Source of the DNA: Octopus vulgaris
Taxonomy: Eukaryota
Direction of reading: 5' to 3'
DNA: 64,000 bases
NCBI GenBank assembly: GCA_951406725.2
Contig: OX597818.1
Coordinates: forward strand, 14,694,001 to 14,758,000
Under the pieces are notes generated by a model, which was not told the origin of the DNA, searched no databases, and saw only the letters and a program-made list of their open reading frames with translations. Shown piece after piece: positions 24,149-36,891 of the stretch. Position 1 is the stretch's first letter, and each line of letters opens with the position of its first letter. Made by a program: the position numbers and the translations under genes.

Positions 24149-25945
24149 GGCGGTGAGCTGACAGAATCGTTAGTACGCCGATCAAAATGCTTAGTGACAT
24201 TTCGTCCAACTTTATGTTTGGAGTTCAAATTCCGCCAAAGTCGATTTGTCTTTCTTCCTTTCGAGGTCGATAAAATAAGTACCAGTTGAACACTGGAGTC
24301 GATGTAATCGACTGTCCCTACCCCCAAAATTCAGGCCTTGTGCCTTTAGTAGGAAGGATTATCATAATTATTATTATTATTGTTGTTGTTGTTAGCATGC
24401 CGAGCGAAATGCTTAGCGGTATTTCGTCTGCGTTACGTTGTGAGTTCAAATTCCGCCGAGGTCGACTTTGCCTTTCATCCTTTCGGGGTCGATAAATCAA
24501 GTACCAGTTACGCACTGGGGTCGATGTAATCGACTTAATACCTATGTCTGTCCTTGTTTGTCCCCTCTACGTTTAGCCCCTTGTGGGTAATAAAGAAATA
24601 GGTATTTCGTCTGCCGCTACGTTCTGAGTTTTAATTCCGCCGAGGTCGACTTTGCCTTTCATCCTTTCGAGGTCGATTAAATAAGTATCAGTTACGCACT
24701 GGTGTCGATATAATCGACTTAGTCCGTTTGTCTGTCCTCTCTGTGTTTAGCCCATTGTGGGTAGTAAAGAAATAGGTATTTCGTCTCCCGCTACGTTCTG
24801 AGTTCAAATTCCGCTGAGGTCGACTTTGCTTTTCATCCTTTCGGGGTCGATTAAATAAGTACCAGTTACTGGGGTCGATATACTCGACTTAATCCGTTTG
24901 TCTGTCCTTGTTTGTCCCTTCTGTGTGTACCCCCTTGTGGGCAGTAAAGAAATAGGTATTTTACCTGTCGCTACGTTCTGAATTCAAATTCCGCCAAGGT
25001 AGACTTTGCTTGTCCTCTTTTAGAGGTAGATAAATTAAGTAACACTGGGGTCGATATAATCGACTAGCCCCCTCCTCCTAAATTTCAGGCCTTGTGCCTT
25101 TACTAGAAAATATTATTATTATTAAGGCGGCGAGCTGGCAGAATCGTTAAGCACGCCGGGCAAATGCTTAGCGGCATTTCGTCCATCTTTACTTTCTGAG
25201 TTCAAATTCTGCCAAGGTCGACTTTACTTCTCATCCTTTCGCGGTGAATGAAACAAGTACCAGTTACGCTCTGGGTCGAAGTAATTGACTAGTCCCCTCC
25301 CACCAAATTCCAGGCTTTGTGCCTTTAGTAGAAAGGATTATTAATATTATTATTATTAAGCGGTGATCTTGCAGATCTTAGCACGCCGGGCGAATGCTTT
25401 GCGGCAATACATCCGTCTTTACGTTCTGAGTTCAAACTCCGCCGAGGTCGAATTTGCCGTCCATCCTTTCAGAGTCGATAAATTAAGTACCAGTTGCGTA
25501 CTGGGATCGAAGTAATTGACTGGCTTCCCTGCCCCAAAATTTCAAGCCTTGTGCCTATACTAGGAACAAATATTATTATTATTGTTAAGGCGGCGTACTG
25601 GCAGAGTCGCTAGCACGCTGGATGAAATGCTTTGCGGTATTTCACCCGTCGTTATATTGTGAGTTCAAACTCCACCAGGATACAAATTTCGCCATAAAAC
25701 AGTAAACCACAGCATTGGGTTTGTAAACTCCCATGACAAGACCCATAATTAACGAGTAGAAAGCACTTGGGCCGGTCTCAAGCGAGTGAATAAACGGTAC
25801 TGTGGCACTCATCGTTCTGTACTGGATTCGTATCTCTTTCGGGATCAATAAATTAAGTACCAGTGAGACATTGGGGTCGATGTAATCTACTAGGTCCCTC
25901 CCCAAAATTTCAAACCTTGTGCCTATAGTAGGAAGGATTATTATT
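24146..25945 (+). mobile_element. Head-to-tail array of ~8 tRNA-SINE units, all on the plus strand
   Basis: Heads at ~24147, 24391, 25124, 25358 and 25587; internal restarts aaagaaataggtattt at ~24600, 24776 and 24956; units separated by (ATT)n. Confidence 0.9.
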
Positions 25946-25950
25946 ATTAT

Positions 25951-25957
25951 TCTAATT

Positions 25958-25989
<32 letters not shown>

Positions 25990-27223
25990 ACAGAGTGTGA
26001 GTGTGTGTGTGAGAGAGTGTACTTTATGGATTCGAAAACTGAGTCGCCGATTTTGACGAATGAGGTATCAAAATATTCAGTAATCTTTTGGCTACCAATT
26101 GAACTATGTTTTTTACACAATTGTTTTTACTACAAAAATAATCTCCAAAAAGAGGTCAGGTCGCACAATTTTGAGGTCATTTTGGGGCAATATTTGAATT
26201 TGCTTCTAATCTACGTTGTCAATTCTAATGTTTACGGTGTCTAAAAAAGTAGCAATATACAAGGAGTGTTATGAATGCATTTGAGATGCCCAAAACCTTA
26301 TTTATCAACGGAAAATGACCAAAAAGCATACTTTTAGGGAACAATTATTAGCACATTTTCCGTCAATAATCGCCTTTGTGCCACAACTAAACTGCCAATG
26401 TGAACGTCTTTAGTATTCCATGATAAAACATTGTCTTTGAAGTATAGTGATACGATCTTTTTGCATAAAACTATTTTTCAACAGAAAATTGACTAATGAA
26501 CCATTCTTTCTGGCATAATTGTGATCGCGTCTGACATTACTACCGAAAACAATTTGTCCATGTAAATTTTCTTGGTAGTAAGCGACTCAGAAATGCCTAA
26601 CAAGCGTTGTCGGGTTTAAATTCAATAAAATTTCACTAAGGATTAACCACAGTAAGAGCCTATATTCGTTCAAGTGTGGTAAAAACGTGAAAAAATGACG
26701 AAAACTTTTCGAGACTTTTACCTTTAACATTCTTCTCTTTATTCAACCCAATTTATGCATAGTTACCTATCGTTATTAGTATATATTCATGCCAATTATT
26801 CATTTCATAAGCCGCAAAGTTCGTAAGGATTTTATTACAATCTCCCTGTTTTTCACAGTGATTGAGTGTGTACTATAACGCGGGTGGTACGATGGAAAAC
26901 AAATGTCTGACCTGATAACTTCAGTGAAGACAGCAACAACACCGTGCATCTATGCGAGGGAAAATTAAGGTCACATACACGCATGAATCCGCCCACGGTG
27001 CATGTCCCTTCATTGGTCGGGATGTTCACTGACTGGTACAATTTCTGCAATACCAGTTGCTCGTGGTGCTATTATTATCAACGACCCAGTCAACGCCGGA
27101 GTGCACTGTGTGTGGAGCGTATGTTCCGCTTGAACTTGAAAATTGAGCATATATATATATATATATATATACAAAGTGGTTGTAGGTCATAACACTCGGG
27201 CAACGCCGGGGTACATTGTTAGT
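25951..27223 (+). mobile_element. Non-autonomous Helitron-like element
   Basis: 5' TC..(TA)n..(GT)n ctttatggattcgaaaactgagtcgccgattttgacgaa; 3' hairpin ctcgggcaacgccggg followed ~10 nt later by TTAG|T (degenerate CTAG). Confidence 0.5.
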
Positions 27224-27721
27224 TGTATATAAATGTAAATTTTCAGTTGTATATAAATATAAATTTCCTAGTATTTAGAAGAAAAGAAATATTCATTAAT
27301 TTCATCATCATTTTCTTTCATAAATTTCATTTTCAACGATACTCTGTTTGTTGTCATGGCACCTACATCTTCCATTTGAGACGTCACTGGACTCATTTCA
27401 TTGGAAAAACATATATAATTTTAATGAATCTATCTTGTTATGTATTAATTCTTCTAAAAAAATAAATGTGATATTCATAAGCAAAACTACATGTGTGTGG
27501 AAAATTTGAGAATAATTGATTGAGAATTCAAAAATCTTCACGTCGCTAGAAGCAAACCAAAACGAAATATAGAACATTTCAGGGCGCATTTGTGCTAACA
27601 AAAAGAAAGAATGTTTAGTTATAGATTTCATTAGTTTCAGATTTATATTTATATTAAATTGCGATGTTAGGCTTAAATCGTCTTCTTTTACTTATTTGAT
27701 TTGGGGTAGAGGACACAGTGT

Positions 27722-28293
27722 GGATCTTTTCACTTTGACCGGCAGATTTAAAAAATAACTTTTTGTAACTAAACACTTTAAACTTCGCATGCTGGTAGAA
27801 TGTGTCACATAAAACATCTTTTTCTCTTGGTGTTCTTGAGAAAATTCTTTAGTTTGTAAGCTATTTGTTGTTATATTTCTCGTATTTCGGCAATTTCAAC
27901 CAATCAATGACGTCTATTGAGGTGAATACAATTACTGCTGTTGTTTGTCAATATGTCTGTAGCAAGTAGCCATTTTTAAATAAGTGCGCCAATTTGTGGT
28001 AGCTGGAAATATGACGTAATGTCGTATTGCTGAAGAAAATATTATTGTCGTTTTTCCATTGGTTAATATAACTGCTCATATAGGAATTCTAAGAATTAGT
28101 TAAAGAATATTTTTATGTAATTTCGATTCTTTAAAGTCAAGTTGAGCAGTTATAAAAACCCTGGATTTGGGGAAAAACTTCAGTGTTTGTCAAATATATT
28201 TTATGTGATATATTCTACCAGTATACGAAGTTTAAACGTGTTTAGTTACAAAAAAATTATTTTTTAAATCTGCCGGTCAAAGTGAAAAGATCC
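27722..28293. mobile_element. MITE (Merlin-like) with long TIRs and 8-bp TSD, related to the 18223 MITE
   Basis: TIRs ggatcttttcactttgaccggcagatttaaaaaataa / ttattttttaaatctgccggtcaaagtgaaaagatcc, extending ~90 bp imperfectly; TSD cacagtgt at 27714-27721 and 28294-28301. Confidence 0.9.
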
Positions 28294-29103
28294 CACAGTG
28301 TTTATATTTCTTTTTGCGTGTGAGTTTTGCGGAAAACTTGCTGTGGGTAAAGTTTTAAATTTGAATGAGAACAAAATTCCACTCGTGAATGTAGAGCTCA
28401 CCACACTAGGACATCAGCAATTTCATTTCGTGAACGCTCATTTTCGATGTTTTTGCATTTTCCCATAGCTACATGTACATAATATCATCTTGCATACACA
28501 AGATTACCTGCGTAACCCCTCATTTTCATAACTGCTAATATAATAGTAAACACATGTTAAACAAATCTTAGCACAAAGGATTATCTAAAAGCCATCAACA
28601 GGTCAATTGCCCAGGAAAATATTTCCTTAAATAGATTTTATAGAAGTTCCGAGGCCCATAGAAAATACCTCAGTAGCTCACTTATTGTGGACAACCTGTC
28701 TAGATAATGAGAAATGTCTCTAAGGCCGGTAAAAAAATTCGAACCCGTGACATTTTTGTTCAGTATTCGTTCACACTTTGACACGATCAGAAGTAATGTT
28801 GAAGAGATTAGCAAGATAGATTATCGATAGCTTGGCCAGAGGCCTCCGTTGATCTATTTCCTCTCTAAGAAACGTCAGACAAAATAGCGAAGACAGATTT
28901 CATATGGAAGAGATAAACGGTACTGAAATTCTGTTTCTTTAGTCGTTGGCTGAGTGAAAGATTAATTATTAACCTTTGGTTCTCTAAAGACAATGACGTG
29001 CTTAAACACGCATGACCATGTGTGCATACATACATACACATACAGACATACATACATACATGCATACATGCATATATATATATACATCTATTTATACATA
29101 TAT

Positions 29104-29135
<32 letters not shown>

Positions 29136-29273
29136 TAACTTCAACCGTGCCTTTTCTGTTGTGAGTTTGCTACCCAGGTATCGGTTATCTTTCGAATTAT
29201 CCGTAATACATGAATATGTGTGGATGTAAACATGTATCAAAATAATCAAAATAAGCAACAAGAATGACTCCGG

Positions 29274-29365
29274 TAATTTGGTACGATCGTTTCGTTCTAC
29301 ATCATTTTATTAAATGTTGTAAGTATTACGACAGTTTTAAAATGCTGAGCACTCATCAGCCAATT
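29274..29365 (-). ncRNA. Minimal type I hammerhead ribozyme with intact catalytic core (Penelope-like pseudo-LTR type)
   Basis: AAUUGG-CUGAUGA-GUGCUCAGCAUUUUA...UAAAAUGAUGUAGAAC-GAAA-CGAUCG-UA-CCAAAUU. All core nucleotides are present, with a GUA triplet and a palindromic stem III. Confidence 0.7.
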
Positions 29366-29557
29366 ATAGAGGTTTTCCATTAATACAAAAATTTTCATAT
29401 CAAGTGGCAACATTATAGAGAAGGTAGATACATAGACAAAGATGTGGATTTAAATTTTAAGAATATTTGAGGTAGTGGAGCCCATCAACTGACTGACAAA
29501 GATACAGTTGTTCCAGACTACTGTAATGTTCTGAGAGGGAAGAACAAAAAAAAAATA

Positions 29558-29593
<36 letters not shown>

Positions 29594-29630
29594 TGTGTGT
29601 GTATGTATATATATATGTATGTATGTATGT

Positions 29631-29663
<33 letters not shown>

Positions 29664-29894
29664 CTTATATATGCATATATATATATATACATATGTACAT
29701 ATATACATATATACATATATACTTATATACATATATACATATATATACATATATATATATTAATAATTATGTATATAATTATTAATTTGATGTATAAATT
29801 ACCTATAAATTGTTATTGCATGCTGACTACCTGATAAAAATCATGAACGTGATTTTATCCTTATATTCTAGTATGAATATATATATATGTATGT

Positions 29895-30924
<1,030 letters not shown>

Positions 30925-31468
30925 GATGTAGGTATGTACATATACGTATGTATTTATACATGCATATATATACACAGTAATGCTTCGATATACGAGTTAA
31001 TGTGTGCCCGATGACAGCTTGTAAAGTATAGCAATAATTTCCCATAGTAGGACTGGTATAAATCGTAATTCGCTCCCAGAAAAAATATTTTACTTATAAG
31101 ATTTATAATACTCGTAAATAAATGGCGATAAAACAATAGTAGAATATAAAAAGTATGTTATGTAAAGTAAAAATTATATCAAGATCGTTTATAATTTTAA
31201 AAAATATTATTACTATAATCGTTTTTTGAATCACTTTCCCTCGCACTCTTGTAGATGCGATTGCCGATTCCCAATCACTCGTAGACGGGCTTGTAGATTT
31301 CTTTTTGCAAAATAAGTCTAAGAGTTGTTTGCTTAACACGCAGAAGCATTTGTTATGGTAGTAGAAACCTTTGAATTTCGTTCAAAATTTTTATCTTTAT
31401 GTTAATTATAAAACCAAACTCGTAAACCCGAGGTCTCGCAAAGCGGTCAGCGTAAAGTGAGGTATTAC

Positions 31469-31508
<40 letters not shown>

Positions 31509-31967
31509 CGCACACATGCACGCACGCACAACACAATCATTCATAAATAATACTAAAAATTCCCTCAAGAACATTCATTAAATTGCACTTAACACACACA
31601 CATACTCACACACATGCGCACACACATGCGCACACAAATATATATGCTACAGAAATATACGCGTAGGTGTGCAAGTGTGAGTTTCAGTGTTTTGGGTGTG
31701 TATCTATGTATATGTTGATATGCGCGTCTATGTGAGTATGTGTATGTGAGCATCTGTGTGTGTTCTTCTACACCTACGTAAGTATATTCTTGTAAATATA
31801 TTTAGGGAACTTTTTCTACTTTGTCAAATACAGTGAACCTTACAACTGACTGTAGAGGAGGAACAGAACCGAAATATGCCTAGAGTTGTCTCACGTACTT
31901 GCGAAAAGTCTCAAAATATTAATAATCAGAGACTTTTCTGTGTTTTCTTTTTGTGCCACACTTCATA

Positions 31968-33225
31968 ACGATGAGGCTCGGCAGAAAAGTTCAGAGACTG
32001 ACCAAGATACTCTCATAGAATGTGACCAAATAAGGTTTATTTTTCAACATAGAGTCCCTTGCGGTTCATACACTTCTTCCATCGGTGTTACGGTGCTTGG
32101 ATCCCATTGGTGAAGAAACTTTTATTTTGTTGCTCAAAAAAAGTCATCAACAGCAGATATGACGTCATTATCACTGTGATAGGGATTCTTATGTTGGGGA
32201 ATAGAAGATAGTCAGATGGTGCTAAATCAGGAGAATAGGGATGGTGACCAACCAGTCCAAAGCCAGTCACGCATAGCAGCCTTGGAACTTTAAAGACTTG
32301 TGAGCTGAAGCATTGTCCTAATGAGACAAAACTCCTTTCGTCAGTTTTCCTGGGCGTTTGTGCTTAATAGCCTTTCGTAACTGTCGCAGCAAGTTAGCAT
32401 AGTACTCTCCATCGAGAGTGAAGCCCTTTTGAAGATAACCAATAACAATGCCTTTTGCATCCCAAAAGATTCAGACTGTCACCCTCCCTGCAGATGAAAC
32501 TACCTTGGCCTTCTTTGGAGCAGGTGAGGAGGGAGGTTTCCACAGCATGGATTGCCTCTTTGTCTCTGGCTCAAAGTGATGAAGCCAACGTTTATCCTTG
32601 CTGAGGAAACGTTCAAGGAAATCAGCGGGAGACCTGCCTCAACAATGTCAGATTTTACCGTGATCTGATTAGTCTGAAGTGCTTTTGATCAGGTGTCATA
32701 AGACGTGGCACCTATCAAGTTCATTGTGCAGAATATTCCCAACTCTCTCATAGGATATGCTAATGACATTGGTTATTTGATTTGTAGTCAATCGCCTATC
32801 ATCTATCACCATATGGTGAACACGTTCAATATTTTCCTCGATGGTGTCAGTTGCTGGACGTCCAAACCTTGGGTCATCTTCAAGCCTTTCCCGGCTCCTT
32901 CTAAATTTAGGTGTCTATTTTTGTACTGTTGATAAAGCTGGAATGTCATCCCCTAATGCAGCAATCGTGTCAGCATGAATATCCTTGGGGGTAAACCCGT
33001 TTTCTGAAGGTACATAATGACACTAAGATGCCAAATTTTGTCCATTCAAGAGAAATCGCTACTTGTAACATTAGAAGTATTCTTTCAACAGTGAAATGGC
33101 AGTCTACCTGGAGAGAAACAATGCAGTTATTATAAAGGAGAGCTGAAATTATTGCATGCAAGATTTCACAGCTCTAGCATCACTCCTTCATAGTCATCGT
33201 ATGATCTTTTCAGTCCACACTCGTA
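31968..33225 (-). mobile_element. Near full-length degenerate mariner with diverged TIRs
   Basis: Minus motifs VPRLMTPDQK, WLHHFEPETKRQS, IFWDAKG, DNASAH, HHPYSPDLAPSDYLLFP; diverged TIRs acgatgaggctcggcagaaaagttca / tgatcttttcagtccacactcgta; ~1.26 kb. Confidence 0.88.
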
Positions 33226-35394
33226 CTTCATTTTAAGGGCTAAGGGCATTAAAATCATGCAAGTTTTGCTGTCTTCTCTCCTACTGCGCTTTTCAGCTCA
33301 CACTTGTTACACATTTAATTTTTTTACAGGCTTTTGTAGGTTACAACTGTAGCAGCAAAAACCTTTTGCATTAATTGCGTAAACGGTTATTCGATATGCA
33401 CAAAAATAACAGTGTAGTTAACAATATCGTTTTACAATGCAGTGCTTAGGGGTTCAGTAACACAGCGTGGAACTATGCCTTCTACACGTCTACACGCCAG
33501 TGAAATTTACCAAAACTGTACTGAGGTACTCACGCACACATATACTCATATATGTTAGGGGAGTGCTGCGCAGCGTACTCGCTTCCATATTTGTGTTTAT
33601 GCTTACCAAAGTAAATCGGTGTCGAATTGCCAAAATCCTGATTCAGCTATTCGATAGAACTAGATTAAATTAGTACAAGATAGAAAGAAATATATGAGCA
33701 TATTACCAAGCAAGGGCGGTGGATTGATAGATTTGTTACAGTATCGTTTTGAGGTATTTGTCTCAGTTCTCTTCATCCTGAGTTCATCTTCCCCGTCACT
33801 GAAAACAGTCGCACTTCTGTCAGAGGTGGCGACCGACAGATAGTATTATCAATCTGAAAAACCAACGGAAATGTAGTTTCCTTGGTTTGTTAGGAAAGTC
33901 GACAGCCACTACTACCACCACAACCCAACAGGTGGAGCAATTGCATAGACGTAGTGTATGAGTGAAGACTATGATGCACACCACTCCTTCGTATCTCGGT
34001 GAGTGGTTATTTAACAGAAATCCAGGGCCATTTTGCCCTCTAGAAATATTTGTCTCAGTTATCTTACATATAATAAAACGAAATGTCCATGCTGGGACAC
34101 CACCTTGAAAATTTATATTGTCCTTATAAAATAAAAACCCAAAATTTGTTACCAAAGGGGAAATAAAAGGTAGAACTTTACCTCATAAAATTGGGAGAAG
34201 AAAATTTAACCTATGCTTGAAAGAAATCCTCCATATTTTTTTGTACCTCTAGACTCCATTATGGAATAACATTGGATAGCAAAATTTTTATTTAATTGTT
34301 TTTGTCGTTGGTCAGTAAGTATTATTTCCTATTTGCTTATGTCTAGAAATCAAAAGAAATGACTACCATTCTATTCAAACTTTGATTTTGCAACATTTTG
34401 AAAATGACCTATTTCCCATTACATTTCTGACACATTCAGCACTGAGTTGCTGAAGCAGAAATATCGTTATAGCAAATATTCTGCTCAATACCACAGATTT
34501 GCTTGTCAGTTGCTTGTCTATAACCACTTGAGCATGCCCCTTACTGGCTGACAATATATGAATCTCTGATAATGAACAAGTGTGGAGGAGAAGCATCATA
34601 GCCATATGTTGAGAGCGGGGTTGAATAAATGTAACAAAAGCAAATTTTGAAGGAAATATCAATCATTTTTCATAATTTCTAAGGGTAAGCAAATAGGATA
34701 AAAATCATGTTACTCAGCGTAATAGACGATAATTAACCCCGAAATTCTTGCACTACCCCAGGAAAGTGTTCAAATATTTCCCAAATATAAGTTCTTAATA
34801 AGGTATTGCTTACGTAAGAGATACTTCGAATTTACATGGACAAAGTTTGTAGATCTACTATAGTTACTCTTTAATGATCTAGAAACAATTTCGACCCCCA
34901 CTTCACTTTTACTCAGTTATTTCTTTATCTTCAGTCCATGACTCCTTTAATTTCCCCAATTATAACTATTTATCATTAAAGTTCTTTCTATCTTTATTTT
35001 ATATAGTCTGTAGACGATTCATATCCTAGTCTGGATCTCACCGACTACGACTACTAATTCACTCACGTCTTTTAGTATTTCTCATACAGAACATTTAATA
35101 ATATATTAAGTAAAAATATTTTGAAGTGTATTACTTGTTTAAGGGTACACGGATGAGTTACCGAGATGTAATTTAGTAAGATTTTAGCTACCGTAACTCC
35201 ACCACCTGGTTTTGGGAATAGATGTTTTGCATCTTCTATTTAAGTTCCTATTAAGTTAACTACTCCTAATATATCTATTTGTCCTGGAAATTTGAACTCA
35301 GAGCATAGAAGCGGATGATATGCCGCTAAGCAATTTGTCCGGCGTGCAAATAATTCTGCCGGCTTGAGAAAAAGTAAGACAATATTTTTATTTT

Positions 35395-36010
35395 TTACTA
35401 AGGAGCTACCGGTTTCGATCGCTTTAAGAAGACAACATAGTCATGTTGAAATATAAGGAAAAAAAATCACTGAAATTAATTCAATCAATCTTTCATCATT
35501 TCAGTTCTGGAAAATAACATGTTTTTCTTACAAATATCACATTTCCTTCTGATTGTTGCTGGGTAGCATTTAACAGCAGTAGTAGTCTGATGTTAGTGCT
35601 AGGGACAGTATGTAGAGCTGTTGGTGGTAGCACTAAAAGCAGGTGTAGCAGCAACAGCTAGTGATCTCAGTGGCTACATTTTTCCATCTAACTAGTATCC
35701 ACCTTTGTGGCCAATTTAGCAAGGGGTGCAATATTATTGGTGGTAATTATTTCCTTTCCTCTGCCACTGGAATTTAATCGTGGTTAGAATGTTGTTATGA
35801 AGGATATTTCTTCGTTGATGCCTTGCGGCTGACTTATGTTATCGCTAAACTTATATGGAGAGAAAATTGAAAGAATTTGGTTGTTTCTTGCTTACACATG
35901 TATTTATATGTTCACTGGATCTGATTTGTCTGTATTCTCATATATCAATTGGCCATCTATGCAGCTGTGCGTTGTTGTAAAGCGTTTCCTATCTAACCAA
36001 TGAAATGCAC
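35395..36010 (-). mobile_element. Penelope-like element 3' relic (GIY-YIG C-terminus plus pseudo-LTR with a degenerate hammerhead motif)
   Basis: Minus translation LSIFSPYKFSDNISQPQGINEEISFITTF*PRLN resembles the end of PLE GIY-YIG domains; downstream aUGAUGA..gauc-GAAACCGGUA at 35402-35500. Confidence 0.6.
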
Positions 36011-36230
36011 TCCACTTCGACTTCTAAGAGAATCTCATGACCACTAGTGAAATTGAAAACAGAATTATCGCTGTAAACTAGTCTCCATATATTACACACA
36101 CACAGAATCACAGACATACACACAATATGTATATTATGTATTTCTGCATATATATATATATATATACATATAGAAATGTATGTGTATGTGTGTGTGTGCG
36201 TGTGTGTGTGCGCGTGTGTGTATGTGTATG

Positions 36231-36264
<34 letters not shown>

Positions 36265-36289
36265 TCTGTGTGTGTGTATGTATAAAGAG

Positions 36290-36585
36290 GATTGCCCCTA
36301 GAACATTACCCTCCGAGGCACAAGCCTAGGTAAGGTTTTTTTGTGAAAGACCAACAGTCATCCATGCTTACCAACCTCCTCTCTCCACGCCACTGATGTT
36401 ATCCAAGGGAAAGGCCGATACAGCTTGGCCACAGTGACGTTACAACTAATTTCTACAGCTGAGTGAACAGGAGCAAAGTGAAATAAGGTGAATTGCTCAA
36501 AAACACAACACACAACCCGGCCCGGGAATCGAACTCATAACTTCATGTTTGTGAGGCCGATGCTCTAACCACTGAGTCATGCGCA
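36290..36585 (-). mobile_element. tRNA-derived SINE, third family
   Basis: Head tgactcagtggttagagc...gagttcgattccc (box A and box B). Confidence 0.8.
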
Positions 36586-36586
36586 T

Positions 36587-36631
<45 letters not shown>

Positions 36632-36660
36632 AAAAAAGGAGATGTCGAACACGAGTGGTG

Positions 36661-36851
36661 ATATATAAAAAAGGAAATGAAGAAAATGCTGACAAATAAT
36701 TGAAGTAATTTAAGTAATTTAATTAGGTGAAAGTTCTTTTTACCGGTTGCGCATTTGTTATGCTTATCAAAATATATTTTGATAAGCATAACAAATATAA
36801 AAGAACTTTCATAATTAAATTACTTAAATTACTTATTTGTCAGCATATTTC

Positions 36852-36860
<9 letters not shown>
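36661..36860. repeat. Gapped fold-back palindrome inside (TA)n
   Basis: 44-bp perfect core at 36753-36796; the outer arms pair with several gaps. Confidence 0.85.

Positions 36861-36891
<31 letters not shown>

Noticed and set aside
24391-25125. CRISPR-like repeat array
   Set aside because: The units are ~178-bp SINE bodies with no unique spacers, no cas genes and a eukaryotic context.
36500-36585. tRNA gene
   Set aside because: Box A and box B are present, but I see no complete cloverleaf and it continues into a SINE body; the same applies to the other SINE heads.
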